From Octopus vulgaris (taxonomy: Eukaryota), in NCBI GenBank assembly GCA_951406725.2, contig OX597829.1:16120001-16184000 (forward strand): a DNA stretch of 64,000 nucleotides. Direction: 5' to 3'. Shown one piece after another: positions 11,861-24,424 of the stretch; positions within the stretch are counted from its first letter, which is position 1; each line of letters opens with the position of its first letter. Both the position numbers and the translations under genes were made by a program. The notes below the pieces were generated by a model. It saw only the letters and a list, made by a program, of their open reading frames with translations. It was not told the DNA's origin and ran no database searches.

Positions 11861-12147
11861 ACAAAATATAAATTGTTTAGAACTACTAGTAAAGTTACTC
11901 TTTTACTTTTTCAAATATACTTAACTGTACTGAGGATCCCACGCATTTTCCAAACCTTCTCTGTTATAATTGTGATTTATTCACAATCATACATACTTCT
12001 TTTATGAAAAAGTTCTTTGATTGCAAGTTCCAGCCATTGATATATTAGTAAATAATTTTCTATTGTTTACAATATATCCTTTGTAATGTATATTTACATT
12101 TCTCTTATATATATGTAAACAATATTCTCTCTCTCTCTCTCTCTCTA

Positions 12148-12180
<33 letters not shown>

Positions 12181-12186
<6 letters not shown>

Positions 12187-12281
12187 CAAATAAGAAAATG
12201 GAGGATCAAATTCATTTCGATCATCATCCGTAAGTTGATGATTAAAATGAATTTGTTCCTCTATTTTCTTATTTGTATTAT
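12181..12281. repeat. Near-perfect hairpin, about 46-bp stem
   Basis: ataatacaaataagaaaatggaggatcaaattcatttcgatcatca / tgatgattaaaatgaatttgttcctctattttcttatttgtattat. Confidence 0.9.
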
Positions 12282-12450
12282 GAATTTACAGTAAAATATT
12301 TCTTTACCTTCACCCATTCAATACAATAAATGAATTAATTGCATTGCAATTAAAAGCATTTATGTATTTAGTATTTGGGTACTTCACCAGCAGTATATTG
12401 GATAACTGATATACCATAGCGGGTTACTTTCATAACCCTTATCTTACTTT

Positions 12451-12513
<63 letters not shown>

Positions 12514-13588
12514 GTATATATGTATGTATATGTATATAGACTATACCTCTAATGTCTCATCACTGGCACAATGCCTACTTTGTCACTACAACTCCCTCCT
12601 TTAAGATGAATTGTCTTGCTAGTTACTTGGTGACCCTGTCAGTGCCGATGTCACATAAAAAGTACCAGTACACTCCATAAAGTGATTGGCATTTAGAAGG
12701 TCGTCCAACTGACGTAACCATGCCAAAACAAATGATGGAAGACTGGTGTAGCTCCCACCCCCCACCCCCAGCCTTTCCAGCTCCTGTCAAACCATCTAAC
12801 CCATGATAGCATGGGAAACAGACTATGAATGATGAAGATGATGATGACGACAGCATATATATAAACTGAAATGAATAAAAGATTAAAGACACAAAGAAGA
12901 ACTGGGGGTCAGTTTGTTTGATTAAAACCCTTCAAAGCAGTGCTCCAGCATGGCTGCAGTCTAATGACTGAAGCAAGTAAAAGATAAAAGTAAAGAAAGG
13001 TGTGTGTGTGTGTGTGTGTGAGACCCAGAATGGTAGAACTTGTCAAGGTGCCATCGGTGGGTTAAATAGCTTTCCCAAGGGTAGAAGGGGGCTCTTATTA
13101 CTTTTTGACAAAACCATAGGAAAGGTACCTCTTCTAGGAGAAAAGATACTCTGGCATAAAACTTACAATCAAAATAGTACCCAGTCCATCATGCGATGCC
13201 TGTCACTGAAACTTACTATGGTGATTGAGAGACTGGCAAAAGTGTTGCACAAGCTTTTGTCATTTAAATCCCATGACACACAGATGTTTCACTATCGTTT
13301 CATTTCTTGTTCCGTTCTGTATTTTATAATGTCTTACAGTGTTACAGTGATGGATATCTGTGCATATGTAAGGATGAAAGTAAATCAGAACAATCACGCA
13401 GAGCATGCGATAGCAATCATCTGATGAGATGAGTCATCCTCATATTACTGTAGTATAAGTTTTCATGAAACATCATTTCATATAAATATTTTAAATATTT
13501 TTCGTGAAGCTAAATGAGGCAACTTATACAAAAATTAATAATATGCATCAAGCATCAACCGTTAGTATCAACAGCTTTTCTCTGTAAA

Positions 13589-13626
13589 TTTCCTGAAGAA
13601 GGGTTCCTAACCCTGAAATATCAAAA
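13589..13626 (+). ncRNA. Minimal type I hammerhead ribozyme-like motif (PLE type), probably decayed
   Basis: tttc-CTGAAGA-AGGGTT-cct-AACCCT-GAA-ATAT-C-aaaa: canonical core, 6-bp stem II and palindromic stem III. Confidence 0.55.
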
Positions 13627-14154
13627 TACCAAGTAACAGTACTAAATCACTAACAAGTGCTTTTTAACATTCATTGTACTGGCTTTTTAAAAATATATTT
13701 AAAACATATACACACACACATGCATACACACACACACACACATATTTCAAGGATTTGTTTTAAAAATCATAACAACCAGCAAATTTAACAAAAACAAACA
13801 TCAGTCAATGTCCAAGAGATCATAATAATTTCATGCTGCTTTCATTGAGACAATTCCTTCTTGGAGGCACAGAGTGCAGAAAAAGCCACTGGGAATAGCT
13901 AACGAACATACAAGACAATGACAAAAATAAACAAGTCAAACTAAAATATATGTATACACACACATACACATACACACACATATCAGTACTGGACAGATAT
14001 AATGTTTTTACCATAAGAGAGAATTTTTTCTCCATAGTAACTGCAGCAATTTTGCGTTTAGAAAATGTGTCGCAAACATGTTTTAACCAACCTAAAGTTC
14101 ACTTATACATACACACACACACACACATATATATATAGAGAGAGATAGACAAAT

Positions 14155-14201
<47 letters not shown>

Positions 14202-14399
14202 TATAGATAGATGGATAGATGGATGGATGGACAGACAGACAGACAGATTGATAGATATATAGATATATATATATACATATATATATGATGGACTCTCCCG
14301 TCAAAGACAGCTTATGAATGTTCAGTGAAAAGGCAGGAAAATCCAATCAAATAGACAATCAACAACACACACACACTATTATTGTTACCATTCCCCAAT

Positions 14400-15630
14400 G
14401 ACTATGATTTGTACTCTTCACCTGGTGGCTCTTCATGTGAGTTTTCAGGCCACAAAAAGCAACATGGATACGAGCATGAGCATGACTTATTAATTCAGAA
14501 TGTGATCTAACTGAGAAATCGCAATGTGGACAATGCTGGTTTGCAGGAAAACCTGTTGCTCTGTTGATCTATTTTCCTATTTTCATTGTAACTGCCCTTG
14601 ATGAAGTACCCTTTGAGTTTCGTAATTTTGAAATTGGAAAAAAACTCTTTCTTTCTCATCATCATTGTTCGACCGTGGTCGAGACAATGGAATTTACTAT
14701 GTTACGCCAGACTTCACGGTCCATCATACCTTTACGGAGGTCCTGTTGCTGGATGCCTGTATCCCTGGAGATTACATCAGGGTAGGAGAGTGTACGCCCT
14801 CTGGTATCGCGAGCAGATGGCTTCCAGAGGAGAAGAGTAGAAATTACCTCTTTTTCAGCTCTACAACAATGTCCAGCAAAATGGACTCTTCTACCTTTCA
14901 CAAGAGATGATACAGGTGGTAATTTCCCATATATTTGTACTTTGGTTGGATGTATACATAGTTTCTCAAAATTTTCTCTTCTAATATTCAGGCATTTCAA
15001 ACTATCTCTGAATTTGTACCATAGAGGGGGTCTGACCTGCACTGTGTCATGAGTTTACAAACTGACCATTGTTCATACGGAAGATGTGTCCAAAACATCA
15101 CATCTGAGACTTGACCAAGAATGCTTCTATACCAGGTATTCCACACATTACCTATATAGTGCTATTCTTTTTCTATAACTACACTTAAGTTTACATATTT
15201 GCCAAAGACATTTCATATAAAACCTGTTCAGTTGATTGATGTGCTCATGATAAGGTGCCCAAGTTTCTGTTTCGTATAAAAGAGCTGTAAGGACAACTGA
15301 CTTATGCACATCTATTTTTGCCCTTACTGAGATATGGGCATTTTAATGTCAATCATAAAGCTTCCCAAAAATTGTACTGGCCTTACTAATATGAGTTTGG
15401 ACTTCCCTATTGAGTTTAGCACTGTTTGTTACTGAAGAACCTAAATACATGAAAGCATCAAAGGTTTTGAGTGCTTTGCCTTTAACAAACATACTGAGCA
15501 AGATTTCTAGAATGTTAACAGGGTGTAGCTGACACAGTAGCTCAGTTTTTTGTTTTTTTATGCTGATTAGTTAAGCCAAAACATCTGGCTGCTACAGCAA
15601 GTCTATCAAGCGTGTGCTGGATGTCCTCTA
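14400..15630 (-). mobile_element. Decayed RTE/BovB-like LINE 3' part, interrupted by a second RTE fragment
   Basis: Minus-strand peptides KALKTFDAFMYLGSSVTNSAKLNREVQTHISKASTIFGKL, KSVVLTALLYETETWAPY, FGHIFRM, and a terminal CPHC..RSHSELISH zinc finger. Confidence 0.85.
14657..14952 (-). mobile_element. 5'-truncated RTE-clade LINE 3' end, nested
   Basis: HPTKVQIYGKLPPVSSLVKGRRVHFAGHCCRAEKE...DREVWRNIVNSIVSTTVEQ with a (TGA)n tail. Same family as 35025-35445. Confidence 0.9.
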
Positions 15631-15870
15631 GTTTTTATATAGAGAGAGGGGGGAGAGGGGGAAAGAGAGGTAGAGAGAGAGAGGGAGAGAGAGATAGACC
15701 TTACTGTAACTTGAGTGTATCCCTCATTACATCTTCCTCATCTCTCTCTCTCGACCAGCTTTATCCTTTCTCTCTCTCTCTCTCTCTCCCTCTAACTCAG
15801 GTAGCCATGTGCCTCCTCAACTGCAAGACTCTTATTCCTGTCCTCCTATCATACTCCAACTGCTCTACAC

Positions 15871-16062
15871 CTATTTCTTTACTACTCACAGAGAGGACAA
15901 ATGGATTAAGTCGATTATATCGACCCCAGTGCGTAACTGGTACTTATTTAATCGATGAAAGGCAAAGTCGACCTAGGCGGAAATTGAACTCAGAATGTAA
16001 AGAAAGACGAAACACCGCTAAGCATTCTATCCGGTGTGCTAACGTTTCTGCCAGCTCGCCGC
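15871..16062 (-). mobile_element. SINE family A copy
   Basis: Family motifs, with internal deletions. Confidence 0.8.
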
Positions 16063-16952
16063 CTTTACACCTGGCACAGATCATCCTCCCTTAGAACTAC
16101 AACCTCTGCAGTCGAGAGGGGCTTGTCTTGCATGTTATTTGGTTACCTCACTGCTGTTTGTGCCACATAAAAAGTACTCAGCACACTACGTAAAAAATAG
16201 ATGGTTTTAAGAAGAACACTCAGCTGTTGAAACCATACCAAAGAAGACAGTAGAGCTTGATGCAGTCTTCTCACTTGCCAGCTCCTGTCAAACCATCCAA
16301 CCCATGCCAGCATCGAAGGACAACATTAGACGACGAGGATGATGATGATGATGATATATGAAATGCTATAAATTCTATAAAACAGATATAAATGTACACA
16401 CTACACACCAGTTTTCCATTGCAGAATAAATATTGATTGAAACTTCTTTTAAACCAATCCAAAATAGTATAAGAAAAAAAATTGATAAAAATATATAAAA
16501 CAAAAATGTTGCATTAATAGAATCACACGCACTTATCATTTCCTTTTCCTCTTCCATTATCATCATCATCATCATCGCCATCACCATTTAACATGTTTTT
16601 TTTTCTTTTACTTCTCCATGCTGTCATGGGTTGACTAGGTCTCACAATATCTCTTCATAACCACAATATTTTATCTCACATAGCCCCCACACACACAGCA
16701 CTACATAGATTTGCTGCTAAATACTGTAAAGCAGGTACAAGAATTGTGTTGTGAAGACTGAGACGTTTGTCTCTCACAAGAAATTCTTCCCAGTGCATTC
16801 AGCATGTTAGTGGACCATATCATTAAGACAAGCGGAGACGTTTAGAGCCATATTCATGAATAAGGGGGTGGCATGAGACTGAACTGAGTGATAGAATTGC
16901 AGGTGCTGATGCAGTAATGAACCATTCCAGTATTTGATCTTCAGAACAAAAG

Positions 16953-17152
16953 AGGTTGGTAAAAAAGAAAATTTGTTGGTAAAAATTTGTTGGTAAAAAT
17001 TTGTTGGTAAAATTTGTTGGTAAAAATTTAATTTGTTGATAAAATTTAATTTCTTGGTAAAAATTAAAAAATTTAATTTATTGGTAAAAATTTAAAAATT
17101 TAAAAATTTAATTTGTTAGTAAAAATTTAAAAATTCAATTTGTTGGTAAAAA
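16953..17152. repeat. Minisatellite built on an AAAATTTGTTGGT unit
   Basis: About 10 units that lengthen progressively by insertion of aaaattt. Confidence 0.85.
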
Positions 17153-17794
17153 AAAAATCAAACTCTATCTTTAATTCGGTTTCTATGCCTTTCCTCACCA
17201 ATAGCCATGAATATTCTTTTCTGCTCTAAGCATAAGGCCCGAAATTTTGGGGGAAGCAGGGGGACAGTCAATTATATCGAACCCAGTACACAACTGGTAC
17301 TTAATTTATCAACCCCAAAAGGGGTGCTGAAATACAAAGTAATATGAAGGGGTGTGTGAAAAGTTCCTGGCTTTTAGTAAAAGAAAATTTAGGAGGATCA
17401 GTGAATTATGACTTTATTCAAAATATTTTCCTCTCAGATTCAAACCCTTTTTTGCAGAGGTTCTTCTGCTTTTCTAAGTCCTGGAAAATAACTCAGAAGG
17501 TTCGACCTCCAACCAAGCCTTTTACGATACTCTTAGAACGAGAAACTGTTCAGCATCACCATATATTATTTTTAACATGTTTAACTCTCAGAGTGGTTGG
17601 CGTTAGGAAGGGCATCCAACTGTAGAAACTCTGCCAAATCAAGATTGGAGCCTGGAACAGCCATCTGGTTTGCCAGCCCTCAATCAAAATCATCCAACCC
17701 ATGCTAGCATGGATAGTGGACGTTAAACGATGATGATGATGTTTAGCCTGTATCTGAAAATCATAAAAAATAAAAAAACATTGCAGTTACTTAC

Positions 17795-17914
17795 GTTCAA
17801 TGCTAGGTTTTTTAACAACTGTCTGAGGATGGATAGGGTATTGGGTACCAGGTTGAGAGTCAGGACTCCGTTTGTATTTCTGTCGACCACCTCTAACGCG
17901 ATCTAATCGAACAC
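17795..17914 (-). CDS. ERR: ERR exon: C-terminal extension (T/A box) and hinge
   Basis: 120-nt exon with acceptor tttatttccag| and donor |gtaagt. Translates (G)VRLDRVRGGRQKYKRSPDSQPGTQYPIHPQTVVKKPSIE. GVRLDRVRGGRQKYKR is diagnostic for ERR, and the exon is in frame with the previous one. Confidence 0.97.
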
Positions 17915-18204
17915 CTGGAAATAAATTTTTAAAATTTTAATAATTAATCATAAATACTGAATTAAGTAAGAGTACAAAATAAGATAGATTGAATAAAAAA
18001 AAAATTTGAATATAAGAAAAATTTAATTTCCCATTCTTCTTTCTTCTTTCTCTCCATCTCTTCAGTTCTTTCTTTGTCTCACACTCTCTTCTCATTGTAT
18101 GCATAGCTGATCTTTTATTTTTTAAACTTTTACTTGTTTCAGCTGCTAGACTGCAGCCATGGTGGGACATCACCTGGAAAGGTTTAATCCAAAACATCAA
18201 CACT

Positions 18205-18618
18205 CTCTTTACTCTTTACTCTTTACTCTTTTACTTGTTTCAGTCATTTGACTGCGGCCATGCTGGAGCACTGCCTTTAGTCGAGCAAATCAACCCCGGG
18301 ACTTATTCTTTGTAAGCCCAGTACTTATTCTATCGGTCTCTTTTGCCGAACCGCTAAGTGATGGGGACGTAAACACACCAGCATCGGTTGTCAAGCTATG
18401 CTAGGGGGACAAACACAGACACACAAACATATATACACACATACACACATATATATACATATATACGACAGGCTTCTTTCAGTTTCCGTCTACCAAATCT
18501 GAAACTGGTCGGCCCGAGGCTATAGTAGAAGACACTTGCCCAAGGTGCCATGCAGTGGGACTGAACCCAGAACCATGTGGTTTGTAAGCAAGCTACTTAC
18601 CACACAGCCACTCCTGCG
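18205..18618 (-). mobile_element. SINE family B, full-length copy
   Basis: Tail (gtaaagag)n, CORE-like motif and tRNA-like head. Confidence 0.85.
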
Positions 18619-18972
18619 TCTTTTTTTTTCTTAAGCTTGGTACTTATTCTATCATTCTCTTTTTGCTAAACTGCTAGGTTACAAGGATGTAAACAAATTA
18701 ACACTAGCTATCAAGCTGTGGTGGGAGGCAAACACAAACGTGTGTATGGATATATATATGTATATATGGATAAGATTGTTAATTTAAAAATAAAATAACG
18801 ATTTTATCAAGTGGTCAGCATGGAAAAAATAACCTTCAATGGTAATAATTATTAAAATTATAAATTACGGTATCTACAAGTTACCACCATGCTGAAAATA
18901 GCAACCATGATCTGACTCTAAAACCAGCTTAATTGTCCATATATCAACACAGAGAGAAAACAAAGGGACAAG

Positions 18973-19006
<34 letters not shown>

Positions 19007-19524
19007 GTTGGTGCCACATAAAAAGTACCTAGTACACTCTATAAGTGTATGGTGTTAGAAAGAGCTCTAAAAACCATGCCAAAACAGACAGGGAGCCAAA
19101 ACAGACAGAGAGCCAAAACAACCCTTCAGCTGGTCAGCTCCTATTAAGCCGTCCAACCCATGCCATCAAGGAAAACGGATTTTAAAAACGTTGATGATGA
19201 TGATATATATGTAATATATAAATATGAATATGCATGTATGTATGTATGTATGTATGTACATGTGTACGTAAGTGTGTGTGTGTGTGTATATACATATATA
19301 TTACTTCTCTGCATTGAAAGGTCATAACTCTGGTATTAACGATGTGATCAAAATGTTGCAAGAAAGAATTGTAAAACAGATTCAAGTTGACCCAGAAGAT
19401 GAAAGGAGAGGCCAAGAATGAGATGATTGGATAATATTCACGGACTCGGGGAGTTTCTCCAAACTGAGCCACTACTTCTCCACATTGAAAAGTCACAGTT
19501 CCAATACTACAGACATGTGGTTAG

Positions 19525-19943
19525 GGATCTTTTCGGTTTGGACGGCAGTTTTTAACATAATTTCTAGGTAACTAAAAAATGTTAAACTTCGTATACTGGT
19601 AGAATGTGTTTATAAAACATCTTTTTCTCTTGGCTTTATTGAGAAAATTCTATAGTTTGTAAGATATTTGTTGTTTTTTTTCTTCAATTTCTGCAATTTC
19701 AACCAATCACTGATATCTATTGAGGTAAAAAACATTCTGTGCTGTATGAATATGTCCCTAGTCTAAGAAAGATTGGGTTTATTTACATTTGTGAAGAAAA
19801 AAAGATACCCTTCCCCTAACCCTAACTAACCCTAACCCTAAAACAGATTGAAATGCAATAGATCGATACTAGGGTCATAATTATGGGTGAAAATTTCATA
19901 TGACACCGCTAGAAAAAAACTGGCATTCAAACCGAAAAGATCC
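19525..19943. mobile_element. MITE with about 29-bp TIRs and internal (CCCTAA)n
   Basis: TIRs ggatcttttcggtttggacggcagttttt / aaaaactggcattcaaaccgaaaagatcc, with an imperfect 7-8 bp TSD gtggttag / gtggtcaa. Confidence 0.8.
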
Positions 19944-21099
19944 GTGGTCAAAATGTCATAGGAGAGAATCACAAGAACAATTTGTGAAGCTGAGCCAATC
20001 AGCAAGAAACATAGGAATAGAACAAGGGCAAAATGTTTGGATAATACCCATAGTCTCAGTTGGTTATGCTTAGGAATGCAGCCAGAAAGTCTAATATCAA
20101 TTGCTTCTGATAGGACTCTAAGGAGAAAGCACCTGAGCACTCTACCACCCTGACTCTCCCGAGAATAGTGGGTGGGGTAGATGGATGGGTGGATGGATGG
20201 ATTTCAAATGCAGATATTTAAATTTTCAAATGCCAATCTTCCAAAGGAGTTGGCAATGGCTCTGCTAATTATTTTTAAAAATTACAAATTATCTAAAATA
20301 ATAGTAATCTACTTAATTAATTTATTGATTTTTAACAAATTCCAAGAATTTTTCCAATATTACTTGTAAATCTAACTAATTAATTCCTGTTAAAAAAATT
20401 TTAAATTTTAATATTAAGACTTCCAAAAAGATCTTTAAGAATAAATGAATATTTCTTTAGGCTTGTTGTTGCTGTTACCTTTCATCTTTTACTTGTTTCA
20501 GTCATTGGACTGTGCCATGCTGGGGCATCACTTTGAAAGATTTTTATCAAACGAATCATCTGCAGTATTTATTTGTTTAAGTCTGGTACTTATTCTATCA
20601 AATTTTTTTTTTGCTGAATTGCTGTTATGGGGATGTAAACAAACCAGCATTGGTTGTCAAGCATTTGTGTGGACAAACACAATGACACCCACACATGGAT
20701 ACCTACATACATGAATACATATACATACACATATATACGATAGGCTACGTTTGGTTTCCCATTACCAAATCCACTCACAAGGCATTGACTGGCCTGAGGC
20801 CCTAGTAAAAGACATGTGGTCTAAGGTACAAGTGTCTAAGTGGGATTGAGCCTAGAACCATGTGGTTGGGAAGCAATCTTCTTACCATATTACCATGTCA
20901 GCCCCTTGTAGAAATATCTGCTAAATCTCGCTGAAACTTACACAGTAACATCTTCAGAATAATGAGGACTTATAAACTCATTCAGAGATGGATGGTCATG
21001 GATGGATCAATCTAAGAGTGTGTATTTATATATATTATATTGTTTATTTAAAAACCAATGCTGTGTCAAGATGTGTAAATTAGCATTTCAACAAATTGT

Positions 21100-21446
21100 G
21101 ACCGTGACCCCCTTCGTTCATGATACTGACCATGGGCTTACACCTAGAAAGTTACCCTCCGAAGCACAAGTCTGGGCAAAGTTGTTTATGGAAGACCAGC
21201 AGTCGCCCATGCATACCGGCCTCCCCTCTCCACACCAACAGTGTTATCCAAGGGAAAGAAAGGCAAAGGCTGATACAGCTTGGCACCTGTGACGTCGCAA
21301 CTCATTTCTACAGATGAGTGAACTGGAGCAATGTGAAATAAAGTGTCTTGCTCAAGAACACAACACACAGCCCAGTCCGGGATTCGAGCTCACAACCTCA
21401 CGATCGTAAGCTCAACGCTCTAACCACTGAGCCATGCGCCTTCACA
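21100..21446 (-). mobile_element. tRNA-derived SINE family E
   Basis: Head gtgaaggcgcatggctcagtggttagagcg...ctcgaatccc followed by gtgttgtgttcttgagcaagacactt. A related copy lies at about 30610-30837. Confidence 0.8.
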
Positions 21447-21689
21447 TTTCAACAAACAGACATTGGTAAAATGCATAGCAAATTAAAACAACTAAAAATG
21501 GCAACATGACCAAGTCAACAACTCCAGAATGTAGTGCTCTAGCATGGTCACAGCCTGACAACTTAAATTAGTAAAGGAATAAAAAATAAAATAATTAAAT
21601 TATCTCATTTTATACCTAATGGTACCAGGTGTTAGCTGACAACTACACTGTTTCTTTTCATTTTTACCTTCTAATTCAGTTAACAGAAA

Positions 21690-22348
21690 TGCTATCTTGA
21701 GGTTTGGTGACAAGTCTCCTCAAATCTCAAGAATCTTTCATCAGGCATCTCCGTAATGCTATGATGGACCGTGAAGTCTGGCGTAACATAGTAAATTCCA
21801 TTATCTCGACCACGGTCGAACAATGATGATGAGAAAGAAAGAAGATAGGACAGTACTTTTCTGCTGGTCAGCAATACAAGTTTTAATTCTAATTTCTTTC
21901 AGTCTTTTAAATAGTATTTTTGGTGTTGAGCCAAGTGCACCAATAACTATAGGATACCATTTACTACTTCCACAGATTCCTCTGCCCTCTGATGAAGTCC
22001 TGATGTTCCTCAATTTTTTTCAATTTCTTTGGTACGTATCAGCTCTGGGATCTTAGGGAATTGCAAAAATATGATCATACACTGTATATTTATTTTAGTG
22101 CCCTAAAATCATATCCGGTCTTCTTGTTTCAATAACATTATCTTTTATCTTTTACCTGTTTCAGTCATTAGATTGTGGCCATGCTGGGGCACTGCCTTCA
22201 ATTTTTAGTCAACTGAATCGACCTCAGTACTTCTTTTTTAAGCCTGATACTTATTCTATCAGTTTCTTAGGCCAAACCACTAAGTTACAGGGATGTAAAC
22301 ACACCAATACTGGTTGTCAAGTGGTGATGGGGCGACAAAGACAGACAC

Positions 22349-22386
<38 letters not shown>

Positions 22387-23240
22387 GGCTTCTTTCAGTT
22401 TCCATCTACCATATCCACTCACAAGGCTTTGGTGGGCTCAATGCTATAGTAGAAGGCACTTGCCCAAGGTGGCATGCAGTGGGACTGAACCCAGAACCAT
22501 GAGATTGGGAAGCCAACTTCTTACCACACAACACGTCTGCACCTACAGCATAGTCAATCTGTATGGGGAAGTCCAATAAGATCAGGCAATTCTCGTTTTC
22601 TATCACAGGCCTCTGGTTTGTATTCATACAACTTTTCTGTTATTTTGAAGTCACATGCTCAACTAACAGCCCAATATACTCTTTTGCCTACACAGTGTTG
22701 CCAGCAGCTTATACTCTTATTGTGCTCGTATACTGCCCTTACTCAAGAGATGATTGATACTTTCATCTCCTTTTCTGCAGATTTTACTTTGCTGCCTGAC
22801 TGAGTTTTGTTGATCTTTACCTTTATCAGATTTGTTCTAATGGCTTATTCCAGAGCAACTATAATTGGCATTTCTGTTTCTTGCTTCGGGTTCTCATTTG
22901 TCAACCAGAGCCAGCATTCTTGGTTTGTTGCATGAATTGGCCATGTAATTCAATTTCTTTCAATTTGTTTGTTCTATTGTTTTTTCCTTTTCTCTTTGAA
23001 TTCTCCTACTGATGCAGTCACTTTTTGGGAATCTTTAGCAATCAATAGTATTTTTTCTTTACACAGTACAACATAATTTTTTATAATTATTATTGTACCT
23101 AACATACTCAGCTTATTGGGAGATGCCTTTACTATAGCATCTGTTCACTTTCCATAAGCTGAGGTAGTGCTTTCACTTTAAGCATCAAACATTTCGTGAA
23201 GTAATGCTGTTTTCTGGATATGCGCTTTTTTGCATTTTTA
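21690..23240 (-). mobile_element. Decayed R4/Dong-like (RLE-type) non-LTR retrotransposon 3' half, interrupted by a SINE B and an RTE tail
   Basis: Peptides ETEMPIIVALE*AIRTNLIKVKI, KICRKGDESINHLLS (decayed CCHC), RRPDMIL and PIVIGALGSTPKILFKRLKEI..QKSTVLSS (restriction-like endonuclease C-terminus). Confidence 0.8.
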
Positions 23241-23384
23241 TTCCAAACATTTCCAACTAATTTTTTTATTTTATTACTCACAATTACTAGAACAGTATAT
23301 ACACATACATATGCTGCTTGCGAAGACCTCTGCTTGTGAAGACCTGTTGAGGCAAGTGAAATTGAAATCGAAATCAAATGCGAT

Positions 23385-23843
23385 GACTGGCATCCATGCT
23401 AATGGAGTGCTAAGAGTACCATATGAGCGTGATCATTGCCAGAGCAACAAGCTGGCCTCTATGCCAATGGCCAGTAAAAAGCACCATTTGAGCATGATCG
23501 TTACCTGTGTCACCTTACTGGCACTTGTGCTGGTGGCACGTGAAAAAAACATTTGTGCAAGGTCGTTGCCAGTGCCGCTGGACTGGCTCCTGTGCAGGTA
23601 GCACATAAAAAGCACCATTTGAGTGTGGCCATTGCCAGTACTGCCTGACTGGCCCTCATGCCAGTGGCATGTAAAAGCACCCACTACACTCTCGGAGTGT
23701 AGGAAGAGTATCCAGCTGTAGAAACTCTGCCAGATCAGATTGGAGCCTGGTGCAGCCATCTGGTTTGCCAGACCTCAGTCAAATTGTCCAACCCATGCTA
23801 GCATGGAAAGAGGACGTTAAACGATGATAATGATGATGATGAT
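23385..23843 (+). mobile_element. Family D copy with internal tandem modules
   Basis: Repeated ttgccag...ctggc...tggca..taaaaagcacc units precede the family D core and tail. Confidence 0.8.
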
Positions 23844-24011
23844 TTCGTTTAGAAACACCATGAGCTGCAATAAAAGTCCCAAGAAATCATCTCATATAGA
23901 TGTTAGGTGCCGTGACAAACATAGGTTGTATTGGATGATGAAATTTTTGTCTGCACAGGCAATCATATGGTTTCATTGTAAATTGTGAATCATCAGTAAT
24001 ATGCATATTAT

Positions 24012-24424
24012 ACTCTTTACTCTTTTACTTGTTTCAGTCATATGACTGTGGCCATGCTGGAGCACTGCCTTTTGTCAAGCAAATTGACCCCAGGACTTAT
24101 TCTTTGTAAGCTTAGTACTTATTCTATCGGTCTGTTGTGCCAAACTGCTAAGTTACAGGGACGTAAACACACCATCATCGGTTGTCAAGCAATGTTGAGG
24201 AGACAAACACAGACACACAAACATACATACACACACACACACACACACATATACATATATACGATGGGCTTCTTTCAGTTTCCGTCTACCAAATCCACTC
24301 ACAAGGCTTTGGTCGACCCGAGGCTATAGTAGAAGACACTTGCCTATGGTGCCATTCAGTGGGACTGAACCTGGAACCATGTGGTTGGTAAGCAAGCTAC
24401 TTACCACACACCCACTCCTACGCC
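24012..24424 (-). mobile_element. SINE family B copy
   Basis: Family motifs. Confidence 0.85.

Noticed and set aside
19812-19841. (CCCTAA)n as a telomere or fusion scar
   Set aside because: Only about 4 units, internal to a TIR-bounded element.
23385-23700. CRISPR-like repeat-spacer array
   Set aside because: Eukaryotic context, degenerate units without unique spacers, and part of a dispersed retroelement.
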